Below the pieces are notes generated by a model. The model saw only the letters and a list, made by a program, of their open reading frames with translations, was not told the origin of the DNA and did no database searches. Source: Candidatus Latescibacterota bacterium (lineage in GTDB: Bacteria; Latescibacterota; UBA2968; UBA8231). From it: a stretch of 64,000 nucleotides of DNA. Shown here piece by piece: positions 46,063 through 57,124 of the stretch (position 1 is its first letter; every line of letters starts with the position of its first letter). The position numbers and the translations under genes are program-made. The stretch is from assembly GCA_965243025.1 (NCBI GenBank), contig CBDETY010000003.1, forward strand, positions 5,600,001-5,664,000. The letters run 5' to 3'.

Positions 46063-47949
46063 CTACTGGAACTTGCAGGACTTGATCTCGCGGGAGGAGA
46101 GGCGGACCCCTCCCGCCTTCAGGCCGCGGACCGGGTAGTCGGACACGGCGAAGGACTCGTTCAGCACCCGCAGCCGGGGTTTCGGCTTGTAGTCGACGGA
46201 GACGGTGGCGTCCGGCCGGGTGGTCAGGCGCAGCAGCTTGCACCCCTCCGGCACCAGCTCGTACGAGCGGTTGAGGATGAACTTGTCGATGACGCAGCGC
46301 TTGATGCAGGGGCGGCCCTTGGCGTCGCGGTAGACGAGGTTGAACACCGTGTCCTTGTCGACGAAACCGCAGTGGGCCATCCCCTTGCCGACGAAGAGCT
46401 TGTCGGGTGCGTCGATCACCGAGTACGAGCCGTCGGCGCGGATCACCAGCACGCGGTCGTACCGGGAGACCTCCAACAGCGCCGGGCCGTTCACCTCGTA
46501 GCCGAGATAGCCGCTCCCCTTGTCGTAGGCGAGCTTGAGGTCGCGTTTGGCCGCCTCGCGGACGTCGACCTTCTCGAGGGAGAGAATCTCGGTGCGGCGC
46601 GGAAACCGGGGGCGCTGGTTTTCGATCAGGTTTTCGAGAAAGGCGATCGCGTACGGAACGATGTGGTCGAGGTCGTGGGCGACCTGCTTCAGCCGCTCCT
46701 CGATCTCGCGCGATTCCTTCCTGGCGCGCTCGATGTCGTAGAGGGAGATGCGGCGGATGGGGATCTTGAGCAGGGTGTCGACGTCGTCGCGGGTGACCTC
46801 CCGGCCGATCTCCTCACCGTGCGGCTCGAGGCCGGACAGTACCGCGTTAACGACCCCGTCGGAGCTCTTCTTGTTTTCGATCTCCTTGTAGATCCGGTTT
46901 TCGATGAAGATCCGCTCGATCGTCCTGGCGTGCAGCCTGTCCTCGAGCCGGCCCTGCTCGACCTGAAGCTCGGCCTTGAGGATGTCGACGAGCCGGTCGA
47001 CGTTGTGGCGCAGGATCTCGGCGACCCCCATGACCCGCGGCTTGTCGCCGTCGATCACCACCGGGTTGCATGACAGGGAGAGCTCGCAATCGGTGAAGGC
47101 GTAGAGTGCGTCGACCACCTCTTCTCCGTAGACGCCGCGCGGCAGCTTGATCTCGATCTCGACGTTCTCGGCGGTGTAGTCGTGAATGCTGGAGATCTTC
47201 ACCTTGTTCTTGCGGGCGGCATCCTCGATCGAGGCGATCAGCAGCTCCGTCGTCGTGCCGTAGGGGATCTCGGTGATGACGATCCGCTTGGGGTCGGACG
47301 TGTCCATGCGCGCCCGCACCAGCACCTTGCCGGTGCCGTCTTCGTACTGCGAGACGTCGGCCATTCCCGCCGTCGGGAAATCGGGGAGAAGCTCGAACTC
47401 CCCGTCCTTCATGATGGCGACCTGGGCCTCGAGCAGCTCGATCAGGTTGTGCGGCAGGATGCGCGTCGCCATGCCGACGGCGATCCCTTCGGCTCCCTGT
47501 GCCAGCAGCACCGGCAGCTTCGCCGGCAGGATCACCGGTTCCCGGTTGCGGCCGTCGTAGGAATCGATGTACTCGGTGATCTCCGGATCGAACAGCACCT
47601 CGGAGGCGAGGGGGGACAGGCGGCACTCGATGTAGCGGGCCGCGGAAGCCATGTCGCCGGTGTAGATGTTGCCGAAGTTCCCCTGCCGGTCGATGAACAG
47701 CTCCTTGTTCGCCAGCACCACGAGGGCCGAGTAGATCGAAGCTTCGCCGTGCGGGTGGAATCTCATCGTGTGGCCGACGACGTTGGCGACCTTGTGGAAC
47801 TTGCCGTCGTCGAGCTCGAAGAGGGCGTGAAGGATGCGCCGCTGCACCGGCTTGAGCCCGTCGTCGACGTGCGGGATGGCGCGGTCCTTGATCACGTACG
47901 AGGCGTACTCGACGAAGTTCTTTTCGTACAGGGTGTCTACGTAAGCCAT
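46063..47949 (-). CDS. parC: DNA topoisomerase IV subunit A (short type)
   Basis: DRAIP..DGLKPVQRR, HPHGEAS, AARYIE; no GyrA-box seen. Confidence 0.88.
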   Translation of the reverse strand: MAYVDTLYEKNFVEYASYVIKDRAIPHVDDGLKPVQRRILHALFELDDGKFHKVANVVGHTMRFHPHGEASIYSALVVLANKELFIDRQGNFGNIYTGDMASAARYIECRLSPLASEVLFDPEITEYIDSYDGRNREPVILPAKLPVLLAQGAEGIAVGMATRILPHNLIELLEAQVAIMKDGEFELLPDFPTAGMADVSQYEDGTGKVLVRARMDTSDPKRIVITEIPYGTTTELLIASIEDAARKNKVKISSIHDYTAENVEIEIKLPRGVYGEEVVDALYAFTDCELSLSCNPVVIDGDKPRVMGVAEILRHNVDRLVDILKAELQVEQGRLEDRLHARTIERIFIENRIYKEIENKKSSDGVVNAVLSGLEPHGEEIGREVTRDDVDTLLKIPIRRISLYDIERARKESREIEERLKQVAHDLDHIVPYAIAFLENLIENQRPRFPRRTEILSLEKVDVREAAKRDLKLAYDKGSGYLGYEVNGPALLEVSRYDRVLVIRADGSYSVIDAPDKLFVGKGMAHCGFVDKDTVFNLVYRDAKGRPCIKRCVIDKFILNRSYELVPEGCKLLRLTTRPDATVSVDYKPKPRLRVLNESFAVSDYPVRGLKAGGVRLSSREIKSCKFQ

Positions 47950-48022
47950 CTCTGTTCAGTCGGGTGGGCGGCGGCCGCTGCCGGCCGGAGAGCCGGCCGC
48001 TGCGGGCCAGCGATGCCGCCTC

Positions 48023-49903
48023 TCAGACGAGGTTCTCCATGATGTACTCGCGGCGCTCCGGGGTGTTCTTGCCCATGTAGAACGAGAGAATGTCAGGCAC
48101 ATTGCCGTTCGCCTGGACCTTCACCAGCCGCATGTCGCCGCCGATGAACTGCCCGAACTCCTTGGGCGAGATCTCGCCGAGTCCCTTGAAGCGCGTCACC
48201 TCGGGCTGCTTCATGCCTGCCAGCGCCCGGTCCCGCTCCTTCTCGCTGTAGCAGTAAACGGTCTTCTTCTTGTCGCGCACCCGGAACAGCGGCGTTTCGA
48301 GGATGTAGAGGTGCCCGGCGGTGACGAGCTCCTCGAAGAAGTTGAGGAAGAACGTCATCAGCAGGTTGCGGATGTGGAACCCGTCGACGTCGGCGTCGGT
48401 GGCGATCACGACCCGGTCGTAGCGCAGGTTGTCGATGCCGTCCTCGATCCCGAGGGCCATCATCAGGTTGAACAGCTCCTCGTTCTTGTAGGTGGCCGCC
48501 TTGCCGCGGCCGAACATGTTCTGCGGTTTCCCCCTGAGGGTGAAGATCGCCTGCGTGTTCGGGTCGCGCGTCGACACGATCGACCCTGCGGCGGACTGCC
48601 CCTCGGTCAGGAAGATCGTCGACTCCCCGCCGTGCCGGTGGCCGAGGTGGTACTTGCAGTCGCGCAGGTTGGGATTCCTGATCTGGATCTTCCGGGCGGC
48701 GTCCTTGGCCTCCTTCTTAACCGCGTTCAGCTCCTTGCGCAGCTTCTCGTTCTGGACGATGCGCGCTTCCACCGTCGAAGCGGCTTCGCGGTTCTTGTGC
48801 AGGAAGTCGACGACCGCCCCCTTGACCTCGTTGACGACCCAGCCGCGCAGGTCGGTGTTGCCGAGCTTGTTCTTGGTCTGCGACTCGAACACCGGGTCGC
48901 GCAGCTTGACGGCGACGGCGCCGGCCAGTCCCTCGCGCACGTCGACGCCGCCGTAGTTCTTGCGGTAGAACTCGTTGACGCCCTTGAGGATTCCCTCGCG
49001 GAAGGCGCTCTGGTGGGTGCCCCCGTCGCCGGTGAACTGGCCGTTGACGAAGGAGCGGTAGGACTCCCCGTACCCGTCTGTGTGGGTGAAGGCGAACTCG
49101 AGCGCCTTCGACCGGTGGTAGGCGGGCGGGTAGGTTTCCCCGTCTCCCACCTCGCGCCTGAGCAGGTCGAGCAACCCCCCCTTGGACTCGAACTTCTCGC
49201 CGTCGAGAAACAGCTGCAGACCCCTGTTGAGGCAGGCGTAGTTCCACAGGCGCCGGGCGAGGAAATCGCGCTCGTACCGGTACTCCCCGAAGATCTCCCC
49301 GTCGGGTGTGAACTCGACCAGGGTGCCGGCCGGCTCCCCAGGGGCCTTCCCGGTTCGCGTGCGGCCGGCCTGGGTGCCGCGCTCGAACACCGCCTCGGCG
49401 TACTTGCCGTCGCGGTAGCTGACGACCCGGAACGATTCCGAGAGGGCGTTGACGGCCTTGGTGCCGACCCCGTTCAGCCCGACGCTGAACTGGAAGACGT
49501 CGTCGTTGTACTTGGCGCCGGTGTTGATGACCGATACGCACTCGACGACCTTGCCGAGAGGGATGCCGCGCCCGTAGTCGCGCACCCGCACCGCTTCGCC
49601 GCCGGCCCCGGACTCGATGGCGATGTCGATCTTCTTCCCGAACCCCATGATGTGCTCGTCGACGCCGTTGTCGATCACCTCCTTGAGCAGCACGTAGATG
49701 CCGTCGTCGGGGTCGGACCCGTTGCCGAGGCGCCCGATGTACATGCCGGTGCGCAGGCGGATGTGCTCGAGAGAGCTGAGGGTCTTGATCTTGCTCTCGT
49801 CGTACGCCGAGCCGGGATTCTTCCTGCCGTTCTTTCCCGAGCCGTTGCCGCCGGATCTGGAGAACGATATCTCGCTCTGAACCGATGTCTTTGTCGATGT
49901 CAT
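48023..49903 (-). CDS. parE: DNA topoisomerase IV subunit B
   Basis: HIRLRTGMYIG, EVIDN, EGQSA, DADVDG, RFKGLGE. Confidence 0.9.
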   Translation of the reverse strand: MTSTKTSVQSEISFSRSGGNGSGKNGRKNPGSAYDESKIKTLSSLEHIRLRTGMYIGRLGNGSDPDDGIYVLLKEVIDNGVDEHIMGFGKKIDIAIESGAGGEAVRVRDYGRGIPLGKVVECVSVINTGAKYNDDVFQFSVGLNGVGTKAVNALSESFRVVSYRDGKYAEAVFERGTQAGRTRTGKAPGEPAGTLVEFTPDGEIFGEYRYERDFLARRLWNYACLNRGLQLFLDGEKFESKGGLLDLLRREVGDGETYPPAYHRSKALEFAFTHTDGYGESYRSFVNGQFTGDGGTHQSAFREGILKGVNEFYRKNYGGVDVREGLAGAVAVKLRDPVFESQTKNKLGNTDLRGWVVNEVKGAVVDFLHKNREAASTVEARIVQNEKLRKELNAVKKEAKDAARKIQIRNPNLRDCKYHLGHRHGGESTIFLTEGQSAAGSIVSTRDPNTQAIFTLRGKPQNMFGRGKAATYKNEELFNLMMALGIEDGIDNLRYDRVVIATDADVDGFHIRNLLMTFFLNFFEELVTAGHLYILETPLFRVRDKKKTVYCYSEKERDRALAGMKQPEVTRFKGLGEISPKEFGQFIGGDMRLVKVQANGNVPDILSFYMGKNTPERREYIMENLV

Positions 49904-50267
49904 GGTTGCATCTGCATCCAACCCGGTCCGGCCGGGAGAAAGGCGGATCGGGGGGCCGTCGGGCACCTGCGGGGTCCCGCGGATTCTTCGTCGGGCAGGG
50001 GATGGAAAGCGGCGCCACCGGGGAGGTGTCGGGCCGACTCTGCCAAGATAATCACCCTTGCGGATCGGCGCACCGGCAGGGGCGCCGGGCGGATACCGCG
50101 GTTCGCCGGCCTCGCCCCGCGCTTTCCCGGCCGCCGGATTCGCATGCACGGGGGTCCCGAGCATGCGGCCGGGAGGGCAGCTTCCGGGCGGCCTCTCTGC
50201 CGCACAGGGGCTTGTTGATTCGATAACGGCCGCGGGCGCGACCGTGTCAAGCGGAGCTGTTCCGGGT

Positions 50268-51497
50268 CTACCGCCGTTTCCCCCGGTGCTCGCGGTGATG
50301 CGGCGGTCCGTGGTGCTCCACCCGTCCCGCGCTCCTCCCTTTCGGCCTGGGGCGGCCGCGGCGCCGGCGCCCGGCGCCTGCCAGCGACAGGTCCGGCTCC
50401 CGCCCCCGCCAGGTCGGCTCGATGCCGTTGGCGTTGAGCAGGCTCTTCAGGTCCCTGAGATCGCGGTCGGTCACCAGGGTCATGGCGATCCCGGTGCGGC
50501 CCATGCGGCCGGTGCGGCCGGTGCGGTGGGTGTAGGTCTCCGCGCTCCTGGGGAAGTCGTAGTTGATCACGTGGCTCACGTGGGTGAAGTCGAGCCCGCG
50601 GCCGGCGACGTCGGTGGCGATCATGTACTTGATCTTGCGCTCGCGGAAGCGCGTGAAAAGAGACGTGCGGCGATCCTGCGTCAGGCCGCCGTGGATGATT
50701 TCGAGCGATTGCAGGCGCCTGCGCAGGTCGCGGTGCAGGTCGCTGGCCTTGTCGCGGGAGTTGCAGAAGATCAGCGCCTGCCGGATCCCGTCCTCGGTGA
50801 GGACGTTTTCGAGGGCTTTCATGCGATCGCGGCCGGTGTGCAGGAAATGGTGCTGCAGCGACTGCGGGGCCTGCTGCTCGCGGTTGAGCTCGACGCGGAC
50901 CGGATCGCGCTGGAAGCGCTTGGCCAGGGCGTCGATCTCGGGCGGCATGGTCGCCGAGAACATCAGCGTCTGGTGTTCCTGCAACAGACAGGACAGGATG
51001 AAATCGACGTCCTCGATGAACCCCATCTTCAGCATCTCGTCCGCCTCGTCGAGAACGACGGTGCGGACCTGCGTCAGGTCGAGCCGGGTGTTCCAGATGA
51101 AATCGATGAGGCGGCCCGGCGTCGCCACCAGGACCTGGACGCCGTGGTTCAGCTTGGCCTTCTGAATGCCCATGTCGAAACCGCCGAAGACGGCGAAGCA
51201 GACGGCGCCGGTGTGGCGGGCGAGGGAGTCGAGCTCCTGGACGTACTGGAGTGCAAGCTCCCGCGTCGGGACGAGTATGAGATACTGTATCGCCTGGGTC
51301 TCGGGATCGGCGGCGTTGACGATCGGCACGCCGCAGGCTGCGGTCTTGCCGGAGCCGGTCTCGGCCAGTCCCAGGAGGTCGCTCCCCTCGAGAATGTGGG
51401 GGATGGCCTTCTCCTGGATCGGGGTCATGTCGTCGTACTCCATCTCGGCGAGGGCCTTGTGGACTTCCGGCTTCAGGTCTGTTTCGGTGAACTTCAC
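50268..51497 (-). CDS. DEAD-box RNA helicase
   Basis: AAAGGAG RBS before GTG; AETGSGKT, DEAD, SAT, HRTGRTGR. Confidence 0.93.
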   Translation of the reverse strand: MKFTETDLKPEVHKALAEMEYDDMTPIQEKAIPHILEGSDLLGLAETGSGKTAACGVPIVNAADPETQAIQYLILVPTRELALQYVQELDSLARHTGAVCFAVFGGFDMGIQKAKLNHGVQVLVATPGRLIDFIWNTRLDLTQVRTVVLDEADEMLKMGFIEDVDFILSCLLQEHQTLMFSATMPPEIDALAKRFQRDPVRVELNREQQAPQSLQHHFLHTGRDRMKALENVLTEDGIRQALIFCNSRDKASDLHRDLRRRLQSLEIIHGGLTQDRRTSLFTRFRERKIKYMIATDVAGRGLDFTHVSHVINYDFPRSAETYTHRTGRTGRMGRTGIAMTLVTDRDLRDLKSLLNANGIEPTWRGREPDLSLAGAGRRRRGRPRPKGRSAGRVEHHGPPHHREHRGKRR

Positions 51498-51835
51498 GTG
51501 GTGGTGATACTCCTTTGCAGTGTGGATATGCGAGCCCGCACCGTGGCGAGGGACTGTCTGCTTCTTTGGGTTCGAGGAGGTTGGAAACTGCCGCAAGAGG
51601 CGGCAACCAGCTGACGTCTGCGGTGGGAGGCCTTTAAAATACGAACAGGGACCGGACCGGTAAAATGCGCCGGGGTGAGTTGGCGGCTGGTGCAAGGGGC
51701 AGACCCACAGTCACCGGCGCCGCTCTGAAGAACCGGGTTCGGGCGGTCCGACTGTTCCGGATGCCGGCGCGGAGGCCGGTGCAGGTTCACCGCTTCCCGG
51801 GATTCGGGAGCGGAAGTCCCGGCAGGGTCCGGTCC

Positions 51836-52867
51836 TTACAGGATCGACTCCGTCTGCTTTTCCACCTCGTCCCAGTCGAACTCCGCGCCGAGCCCGGGTC
51901 CCTGCGGCACCGGGAGGTGGCCGTTCTCCAGCAGGAGGGGGTTGAGGATCAGGGGCTCTCCCCCCTGGGATCCGGCGGTCGTGGTTTCGTAGAAGGTGCA
52001 GTTCCTTATGGCGCCGATGACGTGGGCGTGGACGAACCCGTGCATCACCCCGCGCGAGGTGATCTCGCAGTTCATGCCGAAGGCTTCGGCGAGCCGGGCG
52101 ATCATCAGCATGTCGGTGATGCCGCCGCGCCAGGGCACGCTGGCGCGCACGATGTCCACCGCCTGCTGGGCAACCAGCTGCGAGGTGGAGTAGATGCTTC
52201 CCGGCAGGTACTCGGTGGCGGCGATCGGAATGTCGAGGGCTGCGGCGAGCTTCTTGAGCCCCATGATATCGAAGTCCCTGAGCGGCTCCTCGAACCAGAA
52301 GTACTCCTCTTCCTGCAGGACGCGGCCGACGCGCAAAGCGTCGGTGAACACGTACTGCTGCACGGCGTCGTGCATCAGGTGGAAGTCGGGGCCGACGGCG
52401 CGCCGGGACTCCCGCGCCACCTCCATCATCATTTCCGGCGGCTTGTCGCGGAAGTGGTCCTTGTAGCCGTAGAACCCCTCCTCCTTCGCCTGCACCGCCT
52501 CGGCGGCGAAGCGCTCCACCGCGTCGAAGTTCGGGCCCATCTTGTAGGCGGGGATCGAGTCGCGGAACCCGCCGATGAGCCGGAACACCGGCAGGTTGGT
52601 CGCCTTTCCCAGCAGGTCCCAGACGGCGACGTCGACATGCCCGCGCACCGGCTGCGGCAGGTACTGGAAGCGATCGCGGCGGCTGAGGTCCTCCCAGATG
52701 CGCTGGCGGTCGAAGGGGTCCTGGCCGATCAGGAAGTCGCGGTACGCCGACTGGATGTGCCGCGCGGTGATCTCGTCCACCCCGAGGCAGCAGCCCTCGA
52801 TGCCCTCGTCGGTGCCGATGCGCAGGAGTCCGATCGGCTGGTGGATGCGGATGTCGGTGATTTTCAT
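51836..52867 (-). CDS. Mandelate racemase/enolase superfamily protein
   Basis: DVAVWDLLGK, LMHD, WFEEP, AATE, PGLG. Confidence 0.88.
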   Translation of the reverse strand: MKITDIRIHQPIGLLRIGTDEGIEGCCLGVDEITARHIQSAYRDFLIGQDPFDRQRIWEDLSRRDRFQYLPQPVRGHVDVAVWDLLGKATNLPVFRLIGGFRDSIPAYKMGPNFDAVERFAAEAVQAKEEGFYGYKDHFRDKPPEMMMEVARESRRAVGPDFHLMHDAVQQYVFTDALRVGRVLQEEEYFWFEEPLRDFDIMGLKKLAAALDIPIAATEYLPGSIYSTSQLVAQQAVDIVRASVPWRGGITDMLMIARLAEAFGMNCEITSRGVMHGFVHAHVIGAIRNCTFYETTTAGSQGGEPLILNPLLLENGHLPVPQGPGLGAEFDWDEVEKQTESIL

Positions 52868-53091
52868 GGCTTGCCCTGGTCCGGTTCGTCGGAGCGGTTT
52901 TCGCAGCCGGGAAATACCGGTTGCCGCGGGGCGGAGTCAACACGGGCTCGGGGGGCCCGTCACCTCATGCAAAGCATTTCCGGCGCATGTGGGATCGTGA
53001 AACCGCGTCCGTCCGGGGCATGGAGGACTCCGTAAGGCCGCGATCCTCCGTCGAGCACGGAAAGCTCCGGACGGAGGGGCGGCGCCGGCGG

Positions 53092-54288
53092 TCAGTTGAC
53101 CATCTGCATCAGGCGCTGGGTCATGGAGCCCTCCTGGGTAAGGGCGTAGATGATGACGTTGACGACGAGCTGCCAATTGCGCCCCGCTTCATGGTCCCTG
53201 AGGTCTCCCAGTCCGGTGCCCCAACCGAAGGTTACGGCGACGAGCCGCCCCTTGACGAAATACCCCATGTTGCGGTGCCAGGAATGGATCCCCTGCTTGC
53301 CGCTGCCCAACACGTAGTAGGCGGATGGGGCCCCGCCCCCGATGTCGAAGTAGGCGGAGTACACCGGGTGGTCGTCGGGAAGCCTCTGTCTCCAGAAATC
53401 GCGGCCGGCGACCAGCCCCCCGTATTTCTCCAGGGCTTCGAAGGGAACCGGCTCGGCATCGGGGTTGAGCCCGAACACGAACCCGCCCGCCAGTATGTAA
53501 CGGGCCAGCGCCTCCAGCTCGCTCTCGTTCACCCGGTAGCCGGGCACGATGATCATCGGTATCTCCATCAGCCGGCTGTCGTCGAACGTAATCGAACCCT
53601 CGTACTCGGCCTTGATTCCCGTCAGCTCGTTGAGGGCGTCGCGCACCTGGTCGATGCCGTGGGTAAAAAAGCCTCCTGTGCCGTACTCGATCGACTTGGC
53701 CGATTCCACGTGGGCGAAACGCACGAACCCCTTGATGTTCTGCCGGTCCGTCGGACTCTGGACGACCATTGCCTTGTAGCGGCCGGTGTCCAGGCTGTTG
53801 ACGTCCATCATCTCCAGCGCCATGTCGATCTTGTTCTCGGGGGCCCGGCTGCTGGCCAGCACTTCCCGGGCGAGGGCGCGGGGTTCCAGGTCGACGCTCG
53901 TGAAGCTCGATGTCCGCGACAGCGCCACCCTCGGGTTGGCTACTTGGCGAATCACCGCGCCTGTGTTGAACGCCGCCGTCGCCTGCACCCGGTCCATGCG
54001 GGCGGCCGTCAGCCTGACCTCGCGCCTGACCATCTGCCTTCTGGGCTGAGGGATTTTGCGCAACTCCAACGGCTTGGTCAGCCGGGGCTCTCTCATGACG
54101 AACTTCGTCGTCAGGGGCTTGGGGGCCTTGGCTGCCCGCTCCTTGAACGGATCGATCGCAACCAGGGCCAGATGCAGAAGTGCTGCGAGGCAGAGGCTGG
54201 ACCAGAAGACCTTGCGCAGGGGGCCGAGCAGCTCGTCGGGTCTGAAGCCCGACGTGGGGGAAGCGAAACGAGACGTACCGTCCGCCAT
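53092..54288 (-). CDS. Membrane-anchored DUF4159-like protein
   Basis: AGGAGG RBS; N-terminal TM; LARYILAGGF, LPDDHPVYSAYFD, VNVIIYALT. Confidence 0.7.
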   Translation of the reverse strand: MADGTSRFASPTSGFRPDELLGPLRKVFWSSLCLAALLHLALVAIDPFKERAAKAPKPLTTKFVMREPRLTKPLELRKIPQPRRQMVRREVRLTAARMDRVQATAAFNTGAVIRQVANPRVALSRTSSFTSVDLEPRALAREVLASSRAPENKIDMALEMMDVNSLDTGRYKAMVVQSPTDRQNIKGFVRFAHVESAKSIEYGTGGFFTHGIDQVRDALNELTGIKAEYEGSITFDDSRLMEIPMIIVPGYRVNESELEALARYILAGGFVFGLNPDAEPVPFEALEKYGGLVAGRDFWRQRLPDDHPVYSAYFDIGGGAPSAYYVLGSGKQGIHSWHRNMGYFVKGRLVAVTFGWGTGLGDLRDHEAGRNWQLVVNVIIYALTQEGSMTQRLMQMVN

Positions 54289-54429
54289 GGTTCACCTCCT
54301 GAGGTGAATTCTGTGGAGGGTTCCCGGCACCCATCACACCCGGAGTTCGCTCACAATATACATCACCGGGTGGTGAAGAAATGTAAAGGAAGCAAAGTTT
54401 TTTTTGGGAGGGCCGTCTATTACTCGGTT

Positions 54430-55240
54430 CTATTCCAACAGGCTCGCCTTGATTCGTCCCCATGCCTTGTCTTCCACAACGGATTTGTCATCGCCCGGCA
54501 GCAGAACACCATCCACCCATGTATGAGCATCGCTTCCCAGGTCACTGCGTTTTCCCGTGAAGTTCCCAAGGATGTACGCATCGTGAATGAATTCGTCTTC
54601 ATCGATATCCGTCACCTGAATGCTGAATCCAACAATCTTGTTTGCCCGCAGGTCTGAAACCACACTGCTTTCGGCCTCCGCAATGATGAGCTTGTCGAAA
54701 GGGGTGATATAGAACTCGATGATCCATACGGTTGGATTCATTCCATTGGCAGATCCTCCTGCGCTCGAGAACGGAGCATTGCTCCACCAGTCGCCGAACT
54801 CGCCCATGATTTGCAGGTCGATGTTCGGGGTCTCCGGACTGATTGGGATAGCTTCATAGAATTGAGCTGCTTGGTCCTGAATTCCACAGTCTTCGATACT
54901 TAAACACGATTCCCCGGGATCGAATCCGGGAGAACCGTCGTGGTCTCCATCGATCATGAAATTGACGTGATCCTGAAAAAAGAAATTACCAGGATAGGCG
55001 AAATTCCCGTCCCAGCTTCGAAACAAATCGTCGGCGATAATGGCGGCTGAATAGAAACGGTCGGTTGAATCGCTCCAGCCCAGCCAGATACGGAAATCAA
55101 GGTCGGACGGACCGTATTTGGTGCTCTGAGGATTCGAGGTCACATCGGGAAAGAAGGAGAAATCCAGTGCGGTGAGGGATGGTTCGAAAAACAACCCTTC
55201 CCATTCATCGACTTGGCCGTCGATTACATCAGTTGGAGAG
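54430..55240 (-). pseudogene. Third CBM9-like paralog, apparently 5'-truncated, low GC
   Basis: DGQVDEW, SDLDFRIWLGW, IDGDHDG, SVVEDKAWGRIKA; no signal peptide; homology stops near 55240 although the ORF runs to 55383. Confidence 0.62.
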
Positions 55241-55394
55241 ATCTGGGCTTCGAGCGCGTCGCCGAAGCCCGGGGTCGCGAGGCACGCCTGTCCTTCGCCG
55301 AGGGCGTCACCGAAGACGGCATCTGAGTTTTGAAAGAGACCGTTCCAAACAGTGTAGTGAGAAAGCTTGCCTTTTAACTTCATAAAAAAGAAGA

Positions 55395-56672
55395 ATGACC
55401 ATGTCTGATAAACTGCCCCTCGCCATCGTCGGCTGCGGCGGCATGGGCCACCGCCATCTCTACGGCCTCGCCGAGCTGCAGGAAGCCGGCCTGTCTCCCT
55501 TCGAGCTGGTGGGCGCCTGCGACCCCGACCTCGACAACGCCAACTCGCTCGCCGACCAGGCCGAAGAGCTGCTTGGCGAGCGGCCCCGGCCCGTCGGGGA
55601 CCTCGCCGGGCTGGCTTCCGCCGCCCCGGTCAAGGCCGTCGACATCGCCACTTTGCCCGCCCATCACCACACCGTCGCCATCGAGGCGATGGAGCGCGGC
55701 TGGCACGCGCTGTGCGAAAAACCGATGGGGCTCACGGTCCGCGCCTGCAGGCGGATGACCGCCAAGGCGGAGGAGACCGGGTGCATCCTCTCGGTTGCGG
55801 AGAACTACCGGCGCGACCCGGTGAACCGGCTCGCCAGGGCCCTCCTCGACGCCGGCGTCATCGGGCCTCCGCGCCTGATGCAGCAGGTGGCCATGGCCAA
55901 CGGGGACCGCATGGTCATTTCAGACTGGCGGCACCAGAAGAACTCGAGCGGCATCCTCCTCGACGCGGGGGTTCACTATGCCGACATCATGGAGTACTTC
56001 CTCGGGGAGGCCGACACCGTCTACGCGCAGACGCGCCTGCACGAGCCGGTCCGCAGGAACCCGGTAGCGGGGCGCAGCGGCGTCAGCAGCGGCTCGCCGG
56101 GGGGCGTCTACGAACGCTGGCAGAAGGACATGCCCGCCGAGTTCGAGGCCACGGCGGACGACGCGGGGTACGCCACCATCCTCTTCAAAAGCGGCGCCGT
56201 CGCCCAGTACATCGAGGACTACGCCGCCCACGGCCAAAGCCAGAGGCGGCGCTCCATCCACGGCAGCCTCGGCTCGCTGGAGCTTCCCGGCGACCGCTCG
56301 GGCAACCGCCTGACGCTCCACCTCGACGGGGAGGACCCGATTGACGGCGAAGCCCTGCTCGACCTGGTGCCCGACCACCGCCTCGACGAGGCCACGGCCG
56401 CGCTGTTCGGCGGCGACCGGCTGTTCGAGTACCCCTTCCCCTTTCCCGAGACCGACCGCAAGCTGATCGCCGTCGAGTACCACGAGCTGGGAACCTGCAT
56501 CCAACAGGGGCGGCAACCCGAAGTCGACGCCCGCCAGGGCGCCCGCTCCGTGGCCCTGTCCTACAGCCTGATGGAGTCGCAGGCGGCCGGCCGGGCGCTC
56601 TCCGTCGACGCCGTCCGCGACGACCGGATCAACGCCTACCAGGCGGAAATCAACGAGCACCTCGGGCTTTGA
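55395..56672 (+). CDS. Gfo/Idh/MocA family oxidoreductase
   Basis: VGCGGMG, CEKP, LDAGVHYAD. Confidence 0.92.
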   Translation: MTMSDKLPLAIVGCGGMGHRHLYGLAELQEAGLSPFELVGACDPDLDNANSLADQAEELLGERPRPVGDLAGLASAAPVKAVDIATLPAHHHTVAIEAMERGWHALCEKPMGLTVRACRRMTAKAEETGCILSVAENYRRDPVNRLARALLDAGVIGPPRLMQQVAMANGDRMVISDWRHQKNSSGILLDAGVHYADIMEYFLGEADTVYAQTRLHEPVRRNPVAGRSGVSSGSPGGVYERWQKDMPAEFEATADDAGYATILFKSGAVAQYIEDYAAHGQSQRRRSIHGSLGSLELPGDRSGNRLTLHLDGEDPIDGEALLDLVPDHRLDEATAALFGGDRLFEYPFPFPETDRKLIAVEYHELGTCIQQGRQPEVDARQGARSVALSYSLMESQAAGRALSVDAVRDDRINAYQAEINEHLGL

Positions 56673-56725
56673 AAGGGTGGACAGTGCGGGCCGATTGTTG
56701 ACCCGCTGAAGGAGGCCGATTCCTT

Positions 56726-57115
56726 TTGTCTCCGATCCCCGATCCGGAGCGCGACATGCACGAAGCTGTGAGAGACTGGCTGGAGCAGTGCCGGAACAAG
56801 CTCCGCACCGAGGCGATTACCGCCGCGGACCTCGACCGTCTCGACGGCCTGCTCGCCGAACCCCGCCAGCAGGTCCTCTACCTCTACGGCAAATCGACCA
56901 ACATGAGGTCCCCCCTGGCCGGCTGGGCCCTGTACGACCCTACCCGGCCGGAAACGCCGACCTTGCCCAGCGACGATCCGCCCTACGAATCTGTTATCGC
57001 CGCCGTGGCCGACGGCTGGCGGGTGGTGCAGTTCCCCATCGCCAAGCTCTACGCGTACGAGGGCCAGGACAACGACTACCTCGGGTACGAGTTCGTGCTC
57101 GAGAGATTCGTTTAG
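56726..57115 (+). CDS. Conserved hypothetical protein
   Basis: AAGGAGG RBS; PPYESVIAAVADGWRVVQFP; operon context. Confidence 0.72.
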   Translation: MSPIPDPERDMHEAVRDWLEQCRNKLRTEAITAADLDRLDGLLAEPRQQVLYLYGKSTNMRSPLAGWALYDPTRPETPTLPSDDPPYESVIAAVADGWRVVQFPIAKLYAYEGQDNDYLGYEFVLERFV

Positions 57116-57124
57116 GAGAAACGG

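Noticed and set aside
46063-49903. DNA gyrase or a novel topoisomerase
   Set aside because: The short subunit A without a GyrA-box matches the known divergent topoisomerase IV type.
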